A DNA stretch of 64,000 bases from Auanema rhodensis (Eukaryota > Animalia > Nematoda). Below the pieces are notes generated by a model that ran no database searches, was not told the origin of the DNA, and saw only the letters and a program-made list of their open reading frames with translations. The position numbers were made by a program, and so were the translations under genes. The DNA is taken from the NCBI GenBank assembly GCA_964057225.1, contig OZ059900.1, positions 3,100,001 through 3,164,000 of the forward strand, read 5' to 3'. This document shows, piece after piece, positions 1-12,819 of this stretch (position 1 is the stretch's first letter; each line of letters starts with the position of its first letter).

Positions 1-347
1 ATCAAACATACAATACACAAAATCAGTCTATTTTTATGAGCTTGCACTGATATATATTCATTTTGATCAAAAAAGGTCGAAAATAGAAAGAATTTTTGAA
101 ATTTCCGAGTTTTGAGTCTAATTTGGCTAAATCGCTCATATACATGATCAGAAGCATAGTTTTATTGTCTATGACAACAAAAGTCATCAATTGAACGCTA
201 GTGATGTTTAAATACTGATTTTCGCTCAAATAGCATTACTACACTAAGTATGGTCGTTTTTATGCCTTTAACACCATATACTCACCGATTTTTGCTACAA
301 AATCTGTGATACTCGTAAATTTTGATCATATTCGGTGAGATTCGAGG
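1..347 (+). repeat. Representative 347-bp monomer variant (TTTAAATACTG type)
   Basis: ATCAAACA at 1 to the next ATCGAACA at 348. Carries GTCATCAATT..ACGCTAGTGATGTTTAAATACTG. Confidence 0.93.
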
Positions 348-695
348 ATCGAACACACAATACACGAAATAAGTTTATTTTGACGAGTTTGCACTGATAT
401 TTATTCATTTTGATCAAAAAAGGTCGAAAATAGAAAGAATTTTTGAATTTTCCGAGTTTTGAGTCCAATTGGGCTAAATCGCTCATATATATGATCAAAA
501 GCATAGTTTTACTGTCTATGATAACAAAAGTCTTCAAATATACACTAATGATGTGTAAATCACTGAATTTCACTCAAATAGCTTTACTACACTAAGTATG
601 GTCGTTTTTATGCCTTTAACACCATATACTCACCGATTTTTGGTACAAAATCTGTAATACTCGTAAATTTTGATCATATTCGGTGAGATTCGAGA
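348..695 (+). repeat. Representative 348-bp monomer variant (TGTAAATCACTG type)
   Basis: Runs from 348 to the next ATCAAACA at 696. Carries GTCTTCAAATATACACTAATGATGTGTAAATCACTG, with one extra C relative to the 347 type. Confidence 0.93.
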
Positions 696-1819
696 ATCAA
701 ACACACAATACACGAAATAAGTTTATTTTGACGAGTTTGCACTGATATTTATTCATTTTGATCAAAAAATGTCGAAAATAGAAAGAATTTTTGAATTTTC
801 CGAGTTTTGAGTCCAATTGGGCTACATCGCTCATATATATGATCAAAAGCATAGTTTTACTGTCTATGATAACAAAAGTCTTCAAATATACACTAATGAT
901 GTGTAAATCACTGAATTTCACTCAAATAGCTTTACTACACTAAGTATGGTCGTTTTTATGCCTTTAACACCATATACTCACCGATTTTTGGTACAAAATC
1001 TGTAATACTCGTAAATTTTGATCATATTCGTTAAGATTTGAGAATCAAACATACAATACACAAAATCAGTCTATTTTTATGAGCTTGCACTGATATATAT
1101 TCAATTTGATCAAAAAAGGTCGAAAATAGAAAGAATTTTTGAAATTTCCGAGTTTTGAGTCTAATTTGGCTAAATCGCTCATATATATGATCAAAAGCAT
1201 AGTTTTATTATCTATGACAACAAAAGTCATCAATTAAACGCTAGTGATGTTTAAATACTGAATTTCGCTCAAATAGCATTACTACACTAAGTATGGTCGT
1301 TTTTATGCCTTTAACACCATATACTCACCGATTTTTGGTACAAAATCTGTAATACTCGTAAATTTTGATCATATTCGTTAAGATTTGAGAATCTAACATA
1401 CAATACACAAAATCAGTCTATTTTTATGAGCTTGCACTGATATATATTCATTTTGATCAAAAAAGGTCGAAAATAGAAAGAATTTTTGAAATTTACGAGT
1501 TTTGAGTCTAATTTGGCTAAATCGCTCATATATATGATCAGAAGCATAGTTTTATTGTGTATGACAACAAAAGTCATCAATTAAACGCTAGTGATGTTTA
1601 AATACTGATTTTCGCTCAAATAGCATTACTACACTAAGTATGGTCGTTTTTATGCCTTTAACACCATATACTCACCGATTTTTGGTACAAAATCTGTAAT
1701 ACTCGTAAATTTTGATCATATTCGTTAAGATTTGAAAATCAAACACACAATAAACAAAATCCGTCTATTTTTATGAGTTTGCACTGATATATATTCATTT
1801 TGATCAAAAAAGGTCGAAA

Positions 1820-4800
1820 ATAGAAAGAATTTTTGAATTTTCCGAGTTTTGAGTCCAATTGGGCTAAATCGCTCATATATATAATCAAAAGCATAGTTTC
1901 ACTGTCTATGATAACAAAAGTCTTCAAATATACACTAATAATGTGTAAATCACTGAATTTCACTCAAATAGCTTTACTACACTAAGTATGGTCGTTTTTA
2001 TGCTTTTAACACCATATACTCAACGATTTTTGGTACAAAATCTGTAATACTCGTAAATTTTGATCATATTCGTTAAGATTTGAGAATCAAACATACAATA
2101 CACAAAATCAGTCTATTTTTATGAGCTTGCACTGATATATATTCATTTTGATCAAAAAAGGTCGAAAATAGAAAGAATTTTTGAAATTTCCGAGTTTTGA
2201 GTCTAATTTGGCTAAATCGCTCATATACATGATCAGAAGCATAGTTTTATTGTCTATGACAACAAAAGTCATCAATTAAACGCTAGTGATGTTTAAATAC
2301 TGATTCTCGCTCAAATAGCATTACTACACTAAGTATGGTCGTTTTTATGCCTTTAACACCATATACTCACCGATTTTTGGTACAAAATCTGTGATACTCG
2401 TAAATTTTGATCATATTCGGTGAGATTCGAGAATCAAACACACAATACACGAAATAAGTTTATTTTTACGAGTTTGCACTGATATATATTCATTTTGATC
2501 AAAAAAGGTCGAAAATAGAAAGAATTTTTGAAATTTACGAGTTTTGAGTCTAATTTGGCTAAATCGCTCATATATATGATCAGAAGCATAGTTTTATTGT
2601 GTATGACAACAAAAGTCATCAATTAAACGCTAGTGATGTTTAAATACTGATTTTCGCTCAAATAGCATTACTACACTAAGTATGGTCGTTTTTATGCCTT
2701 TAACACCATATACTCACCGATTTTTGGTACAAAATCTGTAATACTCGTAAATTTTGATCATATTCGTTAAGATTCGAAAATCAAACACACAATAAACAAA
2801 ATCAGTCTATTTTTATGAGTTTGCACTGATATATATTCATTTTGATCAAAAAAGGTCGAAAATAGAAAGAATTTTTGAATTTTCCGAGTTTTGAGTCCAA
2901 TTGGGCTAAATCGCTCATATATATGATCAAAAGCATAGTTTTACTGTCTATGATAACAAAAGTCTTCAAATATACACTAATAATGTGTAAATCACTGAAT
3001 TTCACTCAAATAGCTTTACTACACTAAGTATGGTCGTTTTTATGCCTTTAACACCATATACTCAACGATTTTTGGTACAAAATCTGTAATACTCGTAAAT
3101 TTTGATCATATTCGTTAAGATTTGAGAATCAAACATACAATACACAAAATCAGTCTATTTTTATGAGCTTGCACTGATATATATTCATTTTGATCAAAAA
3201 AGGTCGAAAATAGAAAGAATTTTTGAAATTTCCGAGTTTTGAGTCTAATTTGGCTAAATCGCTCATATACATGATCAGAAGCATAGTTTTATTGTCTATG
3301 ACAACAAAAGTCATCAATTAAACGCTAGTGATGTTTAAATACTGATTTTCGCTCAAATAGCATTACTACACTAAGTATGGTCGTTTTTATGCATTTAACA
3401 CCATATACTCACCGATTTTTGGTACAAAATCTGTGATACTCGTAAATTTTGATCATATTCGGTGAGATTCGAGAATCAAACACACAATACACGAAATAAG
3501 TTTATTTTTACGAGTTTGCACTGATATTTATTCATTTTGATCAAAAAAGGTCGAAAATAGAAAGAATTTTTGAAATTTCCGAGTTTTGAGTCTAATTTGG
3601 CTAAATCGCTCATATATATGATCAAAAGCATAGTTTTACTGTCTATAATAACAAAAGTCTTCAAATATACACTAATAATGTGTAAATCACTGAATTTCAC
3701 TCAAATAGCATTACTACACTAAGTATGGTCGTTTTTATGCCTTTAACACCATATACTCACCGATTTTTGGTACAAAATCTGTGATACTCGTAAATTTTGA
3801 TCATATTCGGTGAGATTCGAGAATCAAACACACAATACACGAAATAAGTTTATTTTTAAGAGTTTGCACTGATATATATTCATTTTGATCAAAAAAGGTC
3901 GAAAATAGAATGAATTTTTGAATTTTCCGAGTTTTGAGTCCAATTGGGCTAAATCGCTCATATATATAATCAAAAGCATAGTTTTACTGTCTATGATAAC
4001 AAAAGTCTTCAAATATACACTAATAATGTGTAAATCACTGAATTTCACTCAAATAGCTTTACTACACTAAGTATGGTCGTTTTTATGCTTTTAACACCAT
4101 ATACTCAACGATTTTTGGTACAAAATCTGTAATACTCGTAAATTTTGATCATATTCGTTAAGATTTGAGAATCAAACATACAATACACAAAATCAGTCTA
4201 TTTTTATGAGCTTGCACTGATATATATTCATTTTGATCAAAAAAGGTCGAAAATAGAAAGAATTTTTGAAATTTCCGAGTTTTGAGTCTAATTTGGCTAA
4301 ATCGCTCATATACATGATCAGAAGCATAGTTTTATTGTCTATGACAACAAAAGTCATCAATTAAACGCTAGTGATGTTTAAATACTGATTCTCGCTCAAA
4401 TAGCATTACTACACTAAGTATGGTCGTTTTTATGCCTTTAACACCATATACTCACCGATTTTTGGTACAAAATCTGTGATACTCGTAAATTTTGATCATA
4501 TTCGGTGAGATTCGAGAATCAAACACACAATACACGAAATAAGTTTATTTTTACGAGTTTGCACTGATATATATTCATTTTGATCAAAAAAGGTCGAAAA
4601 TAGAAAGAATTTTTGAAATTTACGAGTTTTGAGTCTAATTTGGCTAAATCGCTCATATATATGATCAGAAGCATAGTTTTATTGTGTATGACAACAAAAG
4701 TCATCAATTAAACGCTAGTGATGTTTAAATACTGATTTTCGCTCAAATAGCATTACTACACTAAGTATGGTCGTTTTTATGCCTTTAACACCATATACTC

Positions 4801-5930
4801 ACCGATTTTTGGTACAAAATCTGTAATACTCGTAAATTTTGATCATATTCGTTAAGATTCGAAAATCAAACACACAATAAACAAAATCAGTCTATTTTTA
4901 TGAGTTTGCACTGATATATATTCATTTTGATCAAAAAAGGTCGAAAATAGAAAGAATTTTTGAATTTTCCGAGTTTTGAGTCCAATTGGGCTAAATCGCT
5001 CATATATATGATCAAAAGCATAGTTTTACTGTCTATGATAACAAAAGTCTTCAAATATACACTAATAATGTGTAAATCACTGAATTTCACTCAAATAGCT
5101 TTACTACACTAAGTATGGTCGTTTTTATGCCTTTAACACCATATACTCAACGATTTTTGGTACAAAATCTGTAATACTCGTAAATTTTGATCATATTCGT
5201 TAAGATTTGAGAATCAAACATACAATACACAAAATCAGTCTATTTTTATGAGCTTGCACTGATATATATTCATTTTGATCAAAAAAGGTCGAAAATAGAA
5301 AGAATTTTTGAAATTTCCGAGTTTTGAGTCTAATTTGGCTAAATCGCTCATATACATGATCAGAAGCATAGTTTTATTGTCTATGACAACAAAAGTCATC
5401 AATTAAACGCTAGTGATGTTTAAATACTGATTTTCGCTCAAATAGCATTACTACACTAAGTATGGTCGTTTTTATGCCTTTAACACCATATACTCACCGA
5501 TTTTTGGTACAAAATCTGTGATACTCGTAAATTTTGATCATATTCGGTGAGATTCGAGAATCAAACACACAATACACGAAATAAGTTTATTTTTACGAGT
5601 TTGCACTGATATTTATTCATTTTGATCAAAAAAGGTCGAAAATAGAAAGAATTTTTGAAATTTCCGAGTTTTGAGTCTAATTTGGCTAAATCGCTCATAT
5701 ATATGATCAAAAGCATAGTTTTACTGTCTATAATAACAAAAGTCTTCAAATATACACTAATAATGTGTAAATCACTGAATTTCACTCAAATAGCATTACT
5801 ACACTAAGTATGGTCGTTTTTATGCCTTTAACACCATATACTCACCGATTTTTGGTACAAAATCTGTGATACTCGTAAATTTTGATCATATTCGGTGAGA
5901 TTCGAGAATCAAACACACAATACACGAAAT
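1820..5930 (+). repeat. Tandem 6-monomer duplication (2085-bp period)
   Basis: Rare variant TGCTTTTAAC at 2001 and 4086; GATTCTCGC at ~2303 and ~4388; ORF pairs 2434/4519, 2802/4887 and 3476/5561 all differ by 2085. Boundaries approximate. Confidence 0.85.
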
Positions 5931-8900
5931 AAGTTTATTTTTAAGAGTTTGCACTGATATTTATTCATTTTGATCAAAAAAGGTCGAAAATAGAAAGAAT
6001 TTTTGAAATTTCCGAGTTTTGAGTCTAATTTGGCTAAATCGCTCATATATATGATCAAAAGCATAGTTTTATTGTCTATGACAACAAAAGTCATCAATTA
6101 AACGCTAGTGATGTTTAAATACTGAATTTCGCTCAAATAGCATTACTACACTAAGTATGGTCGTTTTTATGCCTTTAACACCATATACTCACCGATTTTT
6201 GGTACAAAATCTGTGATACTCGTAAATTTTGATCATATTCGGTGAGATTCGAGAATCAAACACACAATACACGAAATAAGTTTATTTTTACGAGTTTGCA
6301 CTGATATATATTCATTTTGATCAAAAAAGGTCGAAAATAGAAAGAATTTTTGAAATTTACGAGTTTTGAGTCTAATTTGGCTAAATCGCTCATATATATG
6401 ATCAGAAGCATAGTTTTATTGTCTATGACAACGAAAGTCATTAATTAAACGCTAGTGATGTTTAAATACTGATTTTCGCTCAAATAGCATTACTACACTA
6501 AGTATGGTCGTTTTTATGCCTTTAACACCATATACTCAACGATTTTTGGTACAAAATCTGTAATACTCGTAAATTTTGATCATATTCGTTAAGATTCGAG
6601 AATCAAACATACAATACACAAAATCAGTCTATTTTTATGAGCTTGCACTGATATATATTCATTTTGATCAAAAAAGGTCGAAAATAGAAAGAATTTTTGA
6701 AATTTCCGAGTTTTGAGTCTAATTTGGCTAAATCGCTCATATATATGATCAAAAGCATAGTTTTACTGTCTATGATAACAAAAGTCTTCAAATATACACT
6801 AATAATGTGTAAATCACTGAATTTCACTCAAATAGCTTTACTACACTAAGTATGGTCGTTTTTATGCCTTTAACACCATATACTCAACGATTTTTGGTAC
6901 AAAATCTGTAATACTCGTAAATTTTGATCATATTCGTTAAGATTCGAGAATCAAACATACAATACACAAAATCAGTCTATTTTTATGAGCTTGCACTGAT
7001 ATATATTCATTTTGATCAAAAAAGGTCGAAAATAGAAAGAATTTTTGAAATTTCCGAGTTTTGAGTCTAATTTGGCTAAATCGCTCATATACATGATCAG
7101 AAGCATAGTTTTATTGTCTATGACAACAAAAGTCATCAATTAAACGCTAGTGATGTTTAAATACTGATTTTCGCTCAAATAGCATTACTACACTAAGTAT
7201 GGTCGTTTTTATGCCTTTAACACCATATACTCACCGATTTTTGGTACAAAATCTGTGATACTCGTAAATTTTGATCATATTCGGTGAGATTCGAGAATCA
7301 AACACACAATACACGAAATAAGTTTATTTTTACGAGTTTGCACTGATATTTATTCATTTTGATCAAAAAAGGTCGAAAATAGAAAGAATTTTTGAAATTT
7401 CCGAGTTTTGAGTCTAATTTGGCTAAATCGCTCATATATATGATCAAAAGCATAGTTTTACTGTCTATAATAACAAAAGTCTTCAAATATACACTAATAA
7501 TGTGTAAATCACTGAATTTCACTCAAATAGCATTACTACACTAAGTATGGTCGTTTTTATGCCTTTAACACCATATACTCACCGATTTTTGGTACAAAAT
7601 CTGTGATACTCGTAAATTTTGATCATATTCGGTGAGATTCGAGAATCAAACACACAATACACGAAATAAGTTTATTTTTAAGAGTTTGCACTGATATTTA
7701 TTCATTTTGATCAAAAAAGGTCGAAAATAGAAAGAATTTTTGAAATTTCCGAGTTTTGAGTCTAATTTGGCTAAATCGCTCATATATATGATCAAAAGCA
7801 TAGTTTTATTGTCTATGACAACAAAAGTCATCAATTAAACGCTAGTGATGTTTAAATACTGAATTTCGCTCAAATAGCATTACTACACTAAGTATGGTCG
7901 TTTTTATGCCTTTAACACCATATACTCACCGATTTTTGGTACAAAATCTGTAATACTCGTAAATTTTGATCATATTCGTTAAGATTTGAGAATCAAACAT
8001 ACAATACACAAAATCAGTCTATTTTTAAAAGCTTGCACTGATATATATTCATTTTGATCAAAAAAGGTCGAAAATAGAAAGAATTTTTGAAATTTACGAG
8101 TTTTGAGTCTAATTTGGCTAAATCGCTCATATATATGATCAGAAGCATAGTTTTATTGTCTATGACAACGAAAGTCATTAATTAAACACTAATGATGTTT
8201 AAATCACTAAATTTCGCTCAAATAGCATTACTACACTAAGTATGGTCGTTTTTATGCCTTTAACACCATATACTCAACGATTTTTGGTACAAAATCTGTA
8301 ATACTCGTAAATTTTGATCATATTCGTTAAGATTCGAGAATCAAACTTACAATACACAAAATCAGTCTATTTTTATGAGCTTGCACTGATATATATTCAT
8401 TTTGATCAAAAAAGGTCGAAAATAGAAAGAATTTTTGAAATTTCCGAGTTTTGAGTCTAATTTGGCTAAATCGCTCATATATATGATCAAAAGCATAGTT
8501 TTACTGTCTATGATAACAAAAGTCTTCAAATATACACTAATAATGTGTAAATCACTGAATTTCACTCAAATAGCTTTACTACACTAAGTATGGTCGTTTT
8601 TATGCCTTTAACACCATATACTCAACGATTTTTGGTACAAAATCTGTAATACTCGTAAATTTTGATCATATTCGTTAAGATTCGAGAATCAAACATACAA
8701 TACACAAAATCAGTCTATTTTTATGAGCTTGCACTGATATATATTCATTTTGATCAAAAAAGGTCGAAAATAGAAAGAATTTTTGAAATTTCCGAGTTTT
8801 GAGTCTAATTTGGCTAAATCGCTCATATACATGATCAGAAGCATAGTTTTATTGTCTATGACAACAAAAGTCATCAATTAAACGCTAGTGATGTTTAAAT

Positions 8901-9400
8901 ACTGATTTTCGCTCAAATAGCATTACTACACTAAGTATGGTCGTTTTTATGCCTTTAACACCATATACTCACCGATTTTTGGTACAAAATCTGTGATACT
9001 CGTAAATTTTGATCATATTCGGTGAGATTCGAGAATCAAACACACAATACACGAAATAAGTTTATTTTTACGAGTTTGCACTGATATTTATTCATTTTGA
9101 TCAAAAAAGGTCGAAAATAGAAAGAATTTTTGAAATTTCCGAGTTTTGAGTCTAATTTGGCTAAATCGCTCATATATATGATCAAAAGCATAGTTTTACT
9201 GTCTATGATAACAAAAGTCTTCAAATATACACTAATAATGTGTAAATCACTGAATTTCACTCAAATAGCATTACTACACTAAGTATGGTCGTTTTTATGC
9301 CTTTAACACCATATACTCACCGATTTTTGGTACAAAATCTGTGATACTCGTAAATTTTGATCATATTCGGTGAGATTCGAGAATCAAACACACAATACAC
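5200..9400 (+). repeat. Imperfect 5-monomer higher-order repeat (1737-1738-bp period)
   Basis: ORF pairs 5561/7298/9036, 5909/7646 and 6624/8362. Boundaries approximate. Confidence 0.7.
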
Positions 9401-12400
9401 GAAATAAGTTTATTTTTACGAGTTTGCACTGATATTTATTCATTTTGATCAAAAAAGGTCGAAAATAGAAAGAATTTTTGAAATTTCCGAGTTTTGAGTC
9501 TAATTTGGCTAAATCGCTCATATATATGATCAAAAGCATAGTTTTATTGTGTATGACAACAAAAGTCATTAATTAAACGCTAGTGATGTTTAAATACTGA
9601 TTTTCGCTCAAATAGCATTGCTACACTAAGTATGGTCGTTTTTATGCCTTTAACACCATATACTCACCGATTTTTGGTACAAAATCTGTGATACTCGTAA
9701 ATTTTGATCATATTCGTTAAGATTTGAGAATCAAACATACAATACACAAAATCAGTCTATTTTTATGAGCTTGCACTGATATATATTCATTTTGATCAAA
9801 AAAGGTCGAAAATAGAAAGAATTTTTGAATTTTCCGAGTTTTGAGTCCAATTGGGCTAAATCGCTCATATATATGATCAAAAGCATAGTTTTACTGTCTA
9901 TGATAACAAAAGTCTTCAAATATACACTAATAATGTGTAAATCACTGAATTTCACTCAAATAGCTTTACTACACTAAGTATGGTCGTTTTTATGCCTTTA
10001 ACACCATATACTCAACGATTTTTGGTACAAAATCTGTAATACTCGTAAATTTTGATCATATTCGTTAAGATTTGAGAATCAAACATACAATACAAAAAAT
10101 CAGTCTATTTTTATGAGCTTGCACTGATATATATTCATTTTGATCAAAAAAGGTCGAAAATAGAAAGAATTTTTGAAATTTCCGAGTTTTGAGTCTAATT
10201 TGGCTAAATCGCTCATATACATGATCAGAAGCATAGTTTTATTGTCTATGACAACAAAAGTCATCAATTAAACGCTAGTGATGTTTAAATACTGATTTTC
10301 GCTCAAATAGCATTACTACACTAAGTATGGTCGTTTTTATGCCTTTAACACCATATACTCACCGATTTTTGGTACAAAATCTGTGATACTCGTAAATTTT
10401 GATCATATTCGGTGAGATTCGAGAATCAAACACACAATACACGAAATAAGTTTATTTTTACGAGTTTGCACTGATATTTATTCATTTTGATCAAAAAAGG
10501 TCGAAAATAGAAAGAATTTTTGAAATTTCCGAGTTTTGAGTCTAATTTGGCTAAATCGCTCATATATATGATCAAAAGCATAGTTTTACTGTCTATGATA
10601 ACAAAAGTCTTCAAATATACACTAATAATGTGTAAATCACTGAATTTCACTCAAATAGCATTACTACACTAAGTATGGTCGTTTTTATGCCTTTAACACC
10701 ATATACTCACCGATTTTTGGTACAAAATCTGTGATACTCGTAAATTTTGATCATATTCGGTGAGATTCGAGAATCAAACACACAATACACGGAATAAGTT
10801 TATTTTTAAGAGTTTGCACTGATATTTATTCATTTTGATCAAAAAAGGTCGAAAATAGAAAGAATTTTTGAAATTTCCGAGTTTTGAGTCTAATTTGGCT
10901 AAATCGCTCATATATATGATCAAAAGCATAGTTTTATTGTCTATGACAACAAAAGTCATCAATTAAACGCTAGTGATGTTTAAATACTGAATTTCGCTCA
11001 AATAGCATTACTACACTAAGTATGGTCGTTTTTATGCCTTTAACACCATATACTCACCGATTTTTGGTACAAAATCTGTAATACTCGTAAATTTTGATCA
11101 TATTCGTTAAGATTTGAGAATCAAACATACAATACACAAAATCAGTCTATTTTTATGAGCTTGCACTGATATATATTCATTTTGATCAAAAAAGGTCGAA
11201 AATAGAAAGAATTTTTGAAATTTACGAGTTTTGAGTCTAATTTGGCTAAATCGCTCATATATATGATCAGAAGCATAGTTTTATTGTCTATGACAACGAA
11301 AGTCATTAATTAAACACTAATGATGTTTAAATCACTAAATTTCGCTCAAATAGCATTACTACACTAAGTATGGTCGTTTTTATGCCTTTAACACCATATA
11401 CTCACCGATTTTTGGTACAAAATCTGTAATACTCGTAAATTTTGATCATATTCGGTGAGATTCGAGAATCAAACACACAATAAACAAAATCAGTCTATTT
11501 TTATGAGTTTGCACTGATATATATTCATTTTGATCAAAAAAGGTCGAAAATAGAAAGAATTTTTGAATTTTCCGAGTTTTGAGTCCAATTGGGCTAAATC
11601 GCTCATATACATGATCAGAAGCATAGTTTTATTGTCTATGACAACAAAAGTCATCAATTAAACGCTAGTGATGTTTAAATACTGATTTTCGCTCAAATAG
11701 CATTACTACACTAAGTATGGTCGTTTTTATGCCTTTAACACCATATACTCACCGATTTTTGGTACAAAATCTGTAATACTCGTAAATTTTGATTATATTC
11801 GTTAAAATTTGAAAATCAAACACACAATAAACAAAATCAGTCTATTTTTATGAGTTTGCACTGATATATATTCATTTTGATCAAAAAAGGTCGAAAATAG
11901 AAAGAATTTTTGAATTTTCCGAGTTTTGAGTCCAATTGGGCTAAATCGCTCATATATATGATCAAAAGCATAGTTTTACTGTCTATGATAACAAAAGTCT
12001 TCAAATATACACTAATAATGATTAAATCACTGAATTTCACTCAAATAGCATTACTACACTAAGTATGGTCGTTTTTATGCCTTTAACACCATATACTCAC
12101 CGATTTTTGGTACAAAATCTGTGATACTCGTAAATTTTGATCATATTCGGTGAGATTCGAGAATCAAACACACAATACACGAAATAAGTTTATTTTTACG
12201 AGTTTGCACTGATATTTATTCATTTTGATCAAAAAAGGTCGAAAATAGAAAGAATTTTTGAAATTTCCGAGTTTTGAGTCTAATTTGGCTAAATCGCTCA
12301 TATACATGATCAGAAGCATAGTTTTATTGTCTATGACAACAAAAGTCATCAATTGAACGCTAGTGATGTTTAAATACTGATTTTCGCTCAAATAGCATTA

Positions 12401-12819
12401 CTACACTAAGTATGGTCGTTTTTATGCCTTTAACACCATATACTCACCGATTTTTGGTACAAAATCTGTAATACTCGTAAATTTTGATCATATTCGTTAA
12501 GATTTGAGAATCAAACATACAATACACAAAATCAGTCTATTTTTATGAGCTTGCACTGATATATATTCATTTTGATCAAAAAAGGTCGAAAATAGAAAGA
12601 ATTTTTGAAATTTACGAGTTTTGAGTCTAATTTGGCTAAATCGCTCATATATATGATCAGAAGCATAGTTTTATTGTCTATGACAACAAAAGTCATTAGT
12701 TAAACACTAATGATGTTTAAATCACTAAATTTCGCTCAAATAGCATTACTACACTAAGTATGGTCGTTTTTATGCCTTTAACACCATATACTCACCGATT
12801 TTTGGTACAAAATCTGTAA

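Noticed and set aside
1-347. Monomer as a dimer of ~174-bp or tetramer of ~87-bp subunits (TGATCA at 64, 145, 323)
   Set aside because: Spacings of 81/178/88 are suggestive, but by eye the sequence beyond the TGATCA motifs does not align, so it is not supportable without computation.
1-695. CENP-B box, telomeric repeats, 5S rDNA or tRNA-derived unit
   Set aside because: No TTCGNNNNANNCGGG match, no TTAGG/TTTAGGG/TTAGGG runs, and no recognisable 5S, tRNA or Pol III A/B box sequence.
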